Source: Treponema sp.
GTDB lineage: Bacteria; Spirochaetota; Spirochaetia; Treponematales; Breznakiellaceae
NCBI GenBank assembly: GCA_031270205.1
Contig: JAISYA010000055.1
Location: forward strand, 1-46,767
DNA: 46,767 nt
Reading direction: 5' to 3'
Positions 7,187 to 15,400 of the stretch are shown one piece after another. Numbering within the stretch: position 1 is the stretch's first letter; each line of letters begins with the position of its first letter. Both the position numbers and the translations under genes were made by a program. The notes under the pieces are model-generated. The model made no database searches. It had not been told where the DNA came from and worked only from the letters and a program-made list of their open reading frames with translations.

Positions 7187-9842
7187 ATACCCCTGGCTCA
7201 TTGTAGCGGTGACCGCCTGTATAACGATCTTTTTCGCGTTCCAGCTTCCCCGCGCGGAGCTGGACAACAACAACCGGCGTTTTATCCCTAAAGATGATTC
7301 GGCCAGACTAATAACAAATTACATCGACGAGACTTTCGGCAGTACGCACTTTATCCTCGTGGGGCTTGAACGTGAATACGGAACGGTGTTTGACCGGGAA
7401 TTCCTTTTCCGCCTGCGGGACTATGTGGAACGGATCGAAAAAATAGCAATTGTCGGCGAGGTGAATTCCCTCATGACCGCGGATTATATTACCGGAAACG
7501 AGGACGCGATCCTCGTGGAACCTCTGGTGGCCGATGACTTTTCGGGCGGATCGGGGGAAATTGCCGCCTTAAAACAACGGCTCCTCTCCTGGGACATGTA
7601 CCGGCGCTCGTTGATCTCCGACGATTTTACCGCGACACAGATTCTGATCCCGCTGGATCTTGATCCGGAAGAATCGGGCAACCCTGAGGTGGACGCGGCT
7701 TTCGTGCAAATTCGCGGCCTGGCCCGCGAAATGTTCGACGGCCTTGCAAAAGTGTATGTCGCGGGGATGCCCGCGGTGAGCGCCAGTGTCAACGAATCGG
7801 TCAAGGCCGATCTCCTGCTGCTGATTCCGCTCGTTATTATAGTAACTTTGGTGGTTGTCTATTTACCGCTGCGGAATATCACCATGGTTGCGTTATCGAT
7901 TCTCGGGGTTATTCTGGCGGTGATCTGGTCCGTTGGGGCTATGCCCCTTCTGGGGATAAAACTGTCGATTATTTCCACGGTTCTGCCGGTGATCCTTATC
8001 GCGGTGGGCAATTCCTATGGGCTGCACGTGATCATCCATTATGTTGAGGATGCGGACGCGGATTTAAGCGCTATGACCTGGGAAGCGCACCGGGAGATGA
8101 TTTTTACCCTGGTGCGGACCATCCGCAGGCCCGTGGCGCTGGCGGCCCTTACCACTATGGTGAGTTTCTTTTCCTTTAGCCTTACCCAGGTACCTCCCAT
8201 ACGGGAATTCGGATATTTCGCCGGTTTCGGGGTTTGTTCGGCCTTTTTCATTAACCTCATCCTGATCCCCGCGCTGCTTATCATCATGGGGCCGCAGCTT
8301 CTGAAGAAGATCAAACGGCGTTCCGCTAAAGAGGACCGGGTCAGCCGCTATCTCTCGCGTTTTTTTTCGTCGCTTGTCAAACGGAGATATTTGATTATAG
8401 GAACGGCGGCGGCGCTGTTCCTCGTTTCCCTGTACGGCGCGTCCCGCCTTGTCATCGACAATGTGATGCTGGAGTATTTCAGGCCGGCTACGGACATCAG
8501 AATGTCGGATGTTTTTATGCAGGAAAAGTTCGGCGGTTCAAAGGTGATAGACCTGACGGTGCAGGCGGATTCCCCTGAAATATTGCTGCACCCCGCGGTT
8601 TTGGGGGCTGTTGACGATCTGGGCGTCTACCTGTCGGCCAAAATAAGCGAAACCGGCAAGGTCATGGGCTTTACGGACATGGTCAAACGGATCAACCAGG
8701 TGTTTAACGCAGGAGAATCCCCCGAAGGCCTGGCGGTAAGGGACGTTCCCGCGGATTCGGGGGAATGGGCTTCAGGTTTCGGGTTCGGCGCGGATGATCC
8801 GGCGGACAGCGGGTTCGGCTTTGGGGCCTTTGTCGGTACACCGGATTCTGACGGACCTGAGCCAGGCGCTCCGCTGCGTGAAGCGCCGGGCGTTCCCGCT
8901 CCCGCCGAAGACGGGGCGTTCACCTCCCTGGAATTGGCCGGCCTGCTGGACAGGGCGCTGGGCGCGGGGGACGGCCTGGCTATGGACGTTTCCGCCCTTG
9001 CCTGGGAACTGAAAAAGCTCGCCAACTATGACGGGGCGGCCTATTATGAAATCCCCCGCGACCCGCAACGCTACGGCAAAACCCGCCCCGGGGAACTCCA
9101 GCAGCTGGTTTCCAATTACCTGGTTTTGCTTGCGGGGGACATTGACTCGTATTCCAACGATCCCCTGGAACCCACGGCGATCAGAACCACAGTGCAGCTG
9201 CGCACTACCGGGCAGATCGACACGGGCAGGGTCCTTGACGCGATTAACGGTTTTGTGCAGGCCAATTTTCCCGATACGGTGCGGGTGAAGATAGGGGGTA
9301 TCACTTTGGAGGAAGCCTCCCTCAACAGGCTGGTAGTCCAATCCCTGTGGAGTTCCATCATCATCGCCCTGATTTCCCTCTTTGTGATTATGTCCCTGGT
9401 GAACCGCTCGGCAATGGCGGGCCTGCTCAGCGTGGCGCCTTTGGGCCTTTTGATGACTACGAACTTCGCGATCATGGGCTTTGCGGGGATCAAGCTCAAT
9501 ATTGGAACCGCGATGATTTCCAGTTTATCAATGGGAATCGGGATCGATTACACCGTGCATTTTCTGGAGGCCTACAAGCGTTCCTACCGGGCTTCAGGCG
9601 GGCGCGGGGATTTTTTGCAAAGCGCCTACCGCACCTGTGGACAGGCGATTCTGGCGGACGCGGCGGCGACGGGCCTGGGCTTTGCCGTCCTGCTGTTCTC
9701 CCGGTTCAACATGCTTGCCGAGCTGGGTCTGCTGATCGCCCTGGCTATGGGCCTGAGCGCGCTCGTGGGGCTTATCCTCGTGCCGGCCCTGCTGGGCTGG
9801 ATCAAGCCCCGCTTTGTCCGGGGTGATTCGGATCCTGCGTAG
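7173..9842 (+). CDS. MMPL/RND-superfamily transporter
   Basis: Two repeats of TM + periplasmic domain + 5 TM; GIGIDYTVHF motif; start moved to MKIFKY, overlapping the tetR end. Confidence 0.9.
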   Translation: MKIFKYPWLIVAVTACITIFFAFQLPRAELDNNNRRFIPKDDSARLITNYIDETFGSTHFILVGLEREYGTVFDREFLFRLRDYVERIEKIAIVGEVNSLMTADYITGNEDAILVEPLVADDFSGGSGEIAALKQRLLSWDMYRRSLISDDFTATQILIPLDLDPEESGNPEVDAAFVQIRGLAREMFDGLAKVYVAGMPAVSASVNESVKADLLLLIPLVIIVTLVVVYLPLRNITMVALSILGVILAVIWSVGAMPLLGIKLSIISTVLPVILIAVGNSYGLHVIIHYVEDADADLSAMTWEAHREMIFTLVRTIRRPVALAALTTMVSFFSFSLTQVPPIREFGYFAGFGVCSAFFINLILIPALLIIMGPQLLKKIKRRSAKEDRVSRYLSRFFSSLVKRRYLIIGTAAALFLVSLYGASRLVIDNVMLEYFRPATDIRMSDVFMQEKFGGSKVIDLTVQADSPEILLHPAVLGAVDDLGVYLSAKISETGKVMGFTDMVKRINQVFNAGESPEGLAVRDVPADSGEWASGFGFGADDPADSGFGFGAFVGTPDSDGPEPGAPLREAPGVPAPAEDGAFTSLELAGLLDRALGAGDGLAMDVSALAWELKKLANYDGAAYYEIPRDPQRYGKTRPGELQQLVSNYLVLLAGDIDSYSNDPLEPTAIRTTVQLRTTGQIDTGRVLDAINGFVQANFPDTVRVKIGGITLEEASLNRLVVQSLWSSIIIALISLFVIMSLVNRSAMAGLLSVAPLGLLMTTNFAIMGFAGIKLNIGTAMISSLSMGIGIDYTVHFLEAYKRSYRASGGRGDFLQSAYRTCGQAILADAAATGLGFAVLLFSRFNMLAELGLLIALAMGLSALVGLILVPALLGWIKPRFVRGDSDPA

Positions 9843-9980
9843 ATCGGGAGGCCGATCCTGATTGGATCGGGACACCGATCCTGCCTGGATCGGGACACCG
9901 ATCCTGATTGGATCGGGACACCGATCCTGCTTAGATCGGGAGGCCGATCCTGGTTAGATCGGGAGGCCGATTCGCGGTTA
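9831..9980. repeat. 23-bp tandem palindromic array, about 6 units, GATC-rich
   Basis: GATCGG-GACA/GAGG-CCGATC-CTGNYTR repeated; overlaps the MMPL stop codon. Confidence 0.92.
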
Positions 9981-10057
9981 ATGGGGAATTGCTGTGGATT
10001 AAGACGAGGCTTGCTGCGCCGGGGTGTGCGCACAAGGCCGTTATTGAGGAGGTTAGG

Positions 10058-10843
10058 ATGCAGATGTACAGAATGAAACGGGCGCTTTTTATGCTGGGCG
10101 TGATGGTAATTTCGGCGCGGCCGCTGAGCGCCCAGGACGCTGCGGCGCTGATACGGGAGTCCCGCGACCGCATCACGGCGGACACGGTTTCCAGCCGCTC
10201 GCGGATGACGCTTACCGCCAAAAACGGTTCCACTACCGAGCGCCGGCTGGATCAGTATTCCAAGGACGGCCCCAGGGGGAGCCGGACCATTGTCGCGTTC
10301 CAAAGCCCCGCGGCGGTGGCGGGCACGCGCTTTCTCACCATGGAAAACTCCGGCGGGGCGGACGACCGCTGGATTTTCCTCCCCTCGCTGGGGAAGGTTC
10401 GCCGGATTGCCGCCTCCGAAGGCTCCGGCAGCTTTGTGGGCACGGATCTGTCCTACGACGACATTTCCGCCGCGGACCGGGACGCGGATTTAGACACCCA
10501 CCGGCTCCTGCGCGAAGAATCCCTCAACGGCGCGCCCTGTTACGTGATTGAATCGGTTCCCAGGGACACGTCCTACCAGTATTCCAAAATGGTGCAGTGG
10601 ATTGACAAGGCCACCAGGGTAAACCACCGGGTTGAACTCTACGACCGGCGGGGAACGTTGGTGAAGCTCCTTGAAACGCTTGAACTCAGGGATGTGCAGG
10701 GGCGGCTTAGTCCCACGCTGACCAAAATGAGCACCCTTGCCGCGGGGACATCCACGACCATTACCGTGGAGATTCTCAAATACGACGATCCCATCCCCGA
10801 AAGCGTCTTTACCACGAGATTCCTCGAAACCGGAAGACCCTAG
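10058..10843 (+). CDS. Outer-membrane lipoprotein-sorting (LolA-like) protein
   Basis: Signal peptide; F.SPA.VAGTRFL, DDRWIFLPSLGKVRRIA, SFVGTDLSYDD motifs; GAGGAGG SD. Confidence 0.88.
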   Translation: MQMYRMKRALFMLGVMVISARPLSAQDAAALIRESRDRITADTVSSRSRMTLTAKNGSTTERRLDQYSKDGPRGSRTIVAFQSPAAVAGTRFLTMENSGGADDRWIFLPSLGKVRRIAASEGSGSFVGTDLSYDDISAADRDADLDTHRLLREESLNGAPCYVIESVPRDTSYQYSKMVQWIDKATRVNHRVELYDRRGTLVKLLETLELRDVQGRLSPTLTKMSTLAAGTSTTITVEILKYDDPIPESVFTTRFLETGRP

Positions 10844-10992
10844 CAGCCCGTTGCACTTGTGGATTTTTTTGCAATCTTTCAGGAAAAACGCAAAAAAATC
10901 CCCGATTTATGGGGCTGCCTGCAGTTTGCAGGGTAAAAAATCGCCTGAAGGCGATTTTTGGAGATTATAATGCGCGAAGCGCGACAAACTGT
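10843..10992 (+). repeat. Composite MITE/REP-like element, modules A+B
   Basis: A: GCAGCCC...GGGCTGC (10843-10918) with the long hairpin; B: GCAGTTTG...CAAACTGT (10921-10992) with hairpin AAAAATCGCC-TGAA-GGCGATTTTT. Confidence 0.8.
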
Positions 10993-11005
10993 TAATCAAA
11001 GGTGA

Positions 11006-12466
11006 ATGGCGATGAACCGGCGGCACTATCTGTGGGCGGCGGCGGGCCTGCTGCTCTCCCTGTGGCCCGCGGCGGGACAGGATGAGGGCGATTTCGGCTT
11101 CGGCTTTGGGGACGAAGCCGCCGAGGCCGCCGCGCAGCCGGGAGTGAAACTTTCCGGCGATGTCTCGACGAAGATTCTGGGCTACGGGAGTGATTTTAGA
11201 TCGGCGGAAGCCTTCAAAGACGCCCGCCTGGGGGATATTTTCGCGGGGAAACTCAAGTTCGCAGCATCGGCTTTTAACACCGAGATGGCAATCAACCTGA
11301 AACTTGCCCCGGTATTCGACGACTTTTCCTCCGCGCTGGGCCTTGACGAAGCGTATCTCCGCGTTTACCTGGGGAATTTCGACCTGGAAGGGGGGCTGCG
11401 CAAGCTCACCTGGGGCAAGGCCGACAGCTTCGGCCCCCTGGACACCATCAACCCCCTGGACTACCGGGACTTCACCGCGATGACGGACCTCATGGGCCGC
11501 AAAATCGCCCGGCCCATGATCCACGCATCTTACCGCCTCGGCGCCTTCTCCACCATAGAAGGGGTCTTTGTTCCCACATTCGAGGGCCACCGCTTTGCCG
11601 GAAACGGCCGCTGGACGCCCTCCCAGGTTCGGGAGCTGCCGGCCTCTATAAGCCGGGGGCTTGTCCGCCTGGCCCCCGCCGCCTTCCGCCAGGCCGTACA
11701 GACGGAGATCGCCTCAGGGCTTAACTCGTCGGTCATAAACGACGCGTACCCTTCACAGAATGATCTTGCCTCCCTGCAATACGCCCAGGCGGGGGCGCGT
11801 TTTACCACCACCGTCCGCTCGTCTGATTTTGGCCTGCAGTATTACTTCGGACGCCTGGGCCGTCCCTCGGTCACTGTGGAAGGCGCATCGGCCCTGCGGG
11901 GCCTTACTCCCCAAAACGCTTCCCGTGTACTGCAATCCCTGAAACCTCGCATCATCTACAACCCCTATCACCAGTTCGGCGCGGATTACGCGCGGGTTAT
12001 CGCAGGTTTTAACCTCCGCGCCGAGTTTGCCGCGCATATCACCGGCGATCGTTCCGGCAAAGACGGCTCGGTGTACAACCCCTTCCTCGCCTGGTCCCTG
12101 GGCTTTGACCGCGACCTCTTTGGGGGCGTCAACCTCAACCTGCAAGCCACGGAAACCATCCGCCTTATGAACAGCGGCGTCAGGGACAACCCCGCCCTTG
12201 ACACTGAGGCGGGCACGGACATGACCTCGACCCGCGTTACCATGGTCCTCTCAAAAAAACTGCTGCGGGACGAACTGGAACTCAAAACCACGGGGATATG
12301 GGGCATTGAGGACAGGGATTTTCTCATCATCCCCGCCATTGTATGGACCAAGTGGGATATGACCGCGGAACTTTCCGGCGGCATCTTCGGCGGGGACGAA
12401 CAGGGAGAGCTGGGGCAGTACCGCAACAACAATTTTTTCAAGACCATGCTGACGTATTCGTTCTAA
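11006..12466 (+). CDS. Putative outer-membrane beta-barrel protein (DUF1302-like) of the MMPL/LolA-like operon
   Basis: Signal peptide; LDEAYL...G..KLTWGKAD..P.D.INP motif; amphipathic strands; C-terminal YSF. Confidence 0.7.
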   Translation: MAMNRRHYLWAAAGLLLSLWPAAGQDEGDFGFGFGDEAAEAAAQPGVKLSGDVSTKILGYGSDFRSAEAFKDARLGDIFAGKLKFAASAFNTEMAINLKLAPVFDDFSSALGLDEAYLRVYLGNFDLEGGLRKLTWGKADSFGPLDTINPLDYRDFTAMTDLMGRKIARPMIHASYRLGAFSTIEGVFVPTFEGHRFAGNGRWTPSQVRELPASISRGLVRLAPAAFRQAVQTEIASGLNSSVINDAYPSQNDLASLQYAQAGARFTTTVRSSDFGLQYYFGRLGRPSVTVEGASALRGLTPQNASRVLQSLKPRIIYNPYHQFGADYARVIAGFNLRAEFAAHITGDRSGKDGSVYNPFLAWSLGFDRDLFGGVNLNLQATETIRLMNSGVRDNPALDTEAGTDMTSTRVTMVLSKKLLRDELELKTTGIWGIEDRDFLIIPAIVWTKWDMTAELSGGIFGGDEQGELGQYRNNNFFKTMLTYSF

Positions 12467-12655
12467 ATGGCATGATTCCGGGCGGCCTTTATGGGAGACA
12501 GAGGGATAAAGACTTCCCTCATAATAGGCTTTAACGGCTGTCATACAGATTCCGGTATAGGCTATATCGATCCGCCGGTATAAGCTGCCCGTAGTTATAT
12601 TCGTAAGCACGGTAGTTCAAAGATTGCAAATAACCGCCGATTTTCTTGCGTTACC

Positions 12656-12684
12656 TTGACAAAAAACCATATCCGTCTTATAGT
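12656..12684 (+). promoter_or_regulatory. Sigma70 promoter upstream of the lipoprotein gene
   Basis: TTGACA-N17-TATAGT. Confidence 0.6.
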
Positions 12685-12910
12685 TATTCATGTGAATATG
12701 CCAGCGTTGCTAAATGAAATCGTCTGTTGCCCCGTTACACTCCCGCTTAGCGGTCACCTGGTAACGGTCAAGTTCCCTGTGTATAGCGTAGTTTTAGCGT
12801 TTTTTACCTCTTTTTCCACACCATATATAGCGTACTCCGCAATAGAAGAATGAAAAGGGAAGAATGACATGGCACACAACGCAACTGGTTACTGAGAAGG
12901 AGAATATAAC

Positions 12911-14068
12911 ATGAACAAAGCGCTTATCCGTTACCTGATCCCTGGTATCTGTTTTCTGGTACTGGCCTTCGCCGCCTGCAAAAACCCCATTATAGCGGAG
13001 TGGTACCGGGACGATGACGACCAGAGCCAGAGCGCCGGAGCCACGCTCCAGACGTCCCAGAGCGCCGCGCTGCAGACGGTCAACGACCTGGCCCTGACCT
13101 ATAACGTGCCCGCGCCCTACGGGAGCGAGACGCCGGTGCGGTCCTTCGCCGGCCCCCAGTATGAGGGGAGGGTGGACTGGTCCGTCTCCAGCGGGGAGGC
13201 GCACAACGGTCCCTTTGTGACCGGCACGGCGTACACGGCGGTGGTGACCCTGGCCGCCGCGACGGGCTGGACCTTTAGCGGCGTGCCGGAGAACTCCTTT
13301 GCCCACCTGGGTGCGCCGGGGGCGGTCGTAACCAACACGGCGGGTACGGATTCGGGGATGGTGGTAACCATCGTCTTCGGGACGGCGACCGACGTGCAGG
13401 CGGTAGACGACCTGAACCTGGCCGGTTATGTTCCCGCGCCGGTAACGGGCGGGATTCCGGCGCTTTCCCTGGCCGGGCCGCAGTATACCGGGGCCGTGAG
13501 TTGGTCCGTGGGAGGAAGCCCGCACAGCGGCGTCTTCCGGCCCGGCACAGTGTACAGGGCGACGGTAACGATGCAGCCGGCCAGCGGCCGGACCTTTACC
13601 GGCGTGGGGACCTTTATCTACGGGGGGGCAAGCGTCACTCACGCTGCGAACTCTAACGTGGTATACATCACCTTTCCGCCGACCGGGCCCGACGAGCCGG
13701 TAAGCTCCCCCATCGACCTGAGCGCGTATATCCGCAAGCCGGTGATAGGGGGCGAGCCGATAGTCAATTTCTATACCGGGACCTGCTACGGGACCGTGGA
13801 ATGGAAGGTTGGTGGAACGGCGATGACGACCGGGTTTTTCCTGAGGGACACGGTGTATACGGCGGAGGTAACGCTTACCCCCGTGCTGGGCTATGTCTTC
13901 CCCGGCGGGCTTACGGTTATCCATAGCAATGCGGCCGGGGCGCCAACGGTGATCTCTAATCCCGTCCCGGCCAAGGTTTTTTCCATCACCTTCCCCAATA
14001 CCGGGAATATACTGCCCCTGGTTTCCGGTTCCGGGGCGGTAACGTCCGGCGCGGGAACCCCTGGGTAA
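12911..14068 (+). CDS. Surface lipoprotein with three internal about 90-aa beta-rich repeats
   Basis: Lipobox LAFAA-C; repeats DL..Y.PAP..G..P......Y.G.V.W.V.G....G.F....Y.A.VT.....G..F; AAGGAG SD. Confidence 0.8.
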   Translation: MNKALIRYLIPGICFLVLAFAACKNPIIAEWYRDDDDQSQSAGATLQTSQSAALQTVNDLALTYNVPAPYGSETPVRSFAGPQYEGRVDWSVSSGEAHNGPFVTGTAYTAVVTLAAATGWTFSGVPENSFAHLGAPGAVVTNTAGTDSGMVVTIVFGTATDVQAVDDLNLAGYVPAPVTGGIPALSLAGPQYTGAVSWSVGGSPHSGVFRPGTVYRATVTMQPASGRTFTGVGTFIYGGASVTHAANSNVVYITFPPTGPDEPVSSPIDLSAYIRKPVIGGEPIVNFYTGTCYGTVEWKVGGTAMTTGFFLRDTVYTAEVTLTPVLGYVFPGGLTVIHSNAAGAPTVISNPVPAKVFSITFPNTGNILPLVSGSGAVTSGAGTPG

Positions 14069-14363
14069 CGTCCGGCGGGGCTGCGTGGGTTACAGCCGTG
14101 ACCGGCGTCAACGAATTTTTGCGTGGCGGCCGCGGCGCTTCAAGTTCTCCAGCGGCCGCGGTGAACTGTGGCGACGGGGGGCCGGGGACTACTGGTTAAA
14201 TCGGCAGGCAAGGCGGGCTACAGCGGCCTTATCATCCGCTTCCTCCATTCGGGGAACGCCGCGTGAAGGAACAGGTAATAGAGAGCAAGGAATTAAGCGC
14301 GCGGTGTTCAACACACGGCGTCTGTCCGCTCCGCTAATTTTTGGACAGGCCCGATTAAGAAAG

Positions 14364-15269
14364 CTATTCCAGCTTCGCTAAAATCTCCTCGATGACGCGG
14401 TCGGCATCCTCGTAGGGTATCTGGCAGGTACCGACTTTGCGGTGGCCGCCGCCGCCGTAGTGGAGGAGCAGGCTGCCTACATCAATCGTAGCGCTGCGGT
14501 TGATGATGCTGTAGCCAACGGTAATGACCGCGTTGGTTTTGTTGCGGCCGTCAACTATCCACAGGGAGATGTTCTGTTCAGGATGCAGGGTATAGATGAG
14601 GAAGCGGTTCCCCACGTAAATGGTTTCCACGCCCCGGAGGTCCACTATCAGCGTTTTGCCCCGGATTTTGGCGTTTTTACTTATCATTTCCTTAAAAAGG
14701 CCTGTCTGCTCGGCGTATACATCCAGGCGCTCTTTTATGTCGGGCATGGCAAGGATATGTTCGATGGGTTTTTCCGAGCAGGCTTTTGCCAGTTTTTTCA
14801 TTAAATCGTAATTGCTGATGGTAAAATTGCGGAAACGGCCAAGGCCGGTACGGGGGTCCATGATGAAGCCCAAAAGTATCCAGCCCCGGGGATCGAGGAT
14901 TTCGTCACTGGAGAGGTCCCCGGAATCTACTTTGTCCACATAGCGGATCATTTCCGCAAAACGGCCCAGCTTGGCGTCGCCGCCGTAATAATCGTACACC
15001 ACCCGCGCACAGCTTGGGGCAAGGCGGGACACCCCTTCAAAAAAGGCATTCTCCCCCAGGCGCTCGGACTCGCTGGAATGATGGTCAAACCAGAGCTTGC
15101 AACCCTTGACGTAGGGAATGTTGGCCAGAATATCGTTGTCCGTGGCCTCAACCAAACCATCCTGAATGTCCTTTGGATGCACAAATTTCCAGTCATCAAT
15201 AAGGCCCAGATACACCAGAATCGCCCCGCAGGCCAATCCGTCAAAATCAGATCTGGTTAATAATCTCAT
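14364..15269 (-). CDS. DHH/DHHA1 phosphoesterase (nanoRNase/exopolyphosphatase-like)
   Basis: RSDFDG, FDHH and C-terminal GGGGH motifs. Confidence 0.88.
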   Translation of the reverse strand: MRLLTRSDFDGLACGAILVYLGLIDDWKFVHPKDIQDGLVEATDNDILANIPYVKGCKLWFDHHSSESERLGENAFFEGVSRLAPSCARVVYDYYGGDAKLGRFAEMIRYVDKVDSGDLSSDEILDPRGWILLGFIMDPRTGLGRFRNFTISNYDLMKKLAKACSEKPIEHILAMPDIKERLDVYAEQTGLFKEMISKNAKIRGKTLIVDLRGVETIYVGNRFLIYTLHPEQNISLWIVDGRNKTNAVITVGYSIINRSATIDVGSLLLHYGGGGHRKVGTCQIPYEDADRVIEEILAKLE

Positions 15270-15310
15270 GGTTCACCATCCTTATAATTTTACAATTTAT
15301 ATTCTTGCCT

Positions 15311-15346
15311 GAGGCCGTTCCAAAACTTCAGTCCTGGAACAACCTC
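15311..15346. repeat. About 36-bp dispersed palindrome
   Basis: GAGGCCGTTCCAAAACTTCAGTCCTGGAACAACCTC. Confidence 0.75.
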
Positions 15347-15400
15347 ATCTATTATTATAGTGAAGTTTACTTTTTTTTTCAATTTGTCTATATTCAATTT

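Noticed and set aside
9831-9980. Possible mini-CRISPR or replication-origin GATC cluster
   Set aside because: No spacers; no DnaA boxes, AT-rich unwinding element or dnaA/rep gene nearby; it lies inside an operon.
12796-12829. Third copy of the com box (CACACCATATATA) upstream of the lipoprotein
   Set aside because: Matches only the downstream block (11/13); the CACTAAAGCGCC block is absent at the required spacing.
14085-14381. 98-aa ORF after the lipoprotein
   Set aside because: Arg-rich, no SD, no motif, and it overlaps the DHH gene end; probably non-coding or decayed sequence.
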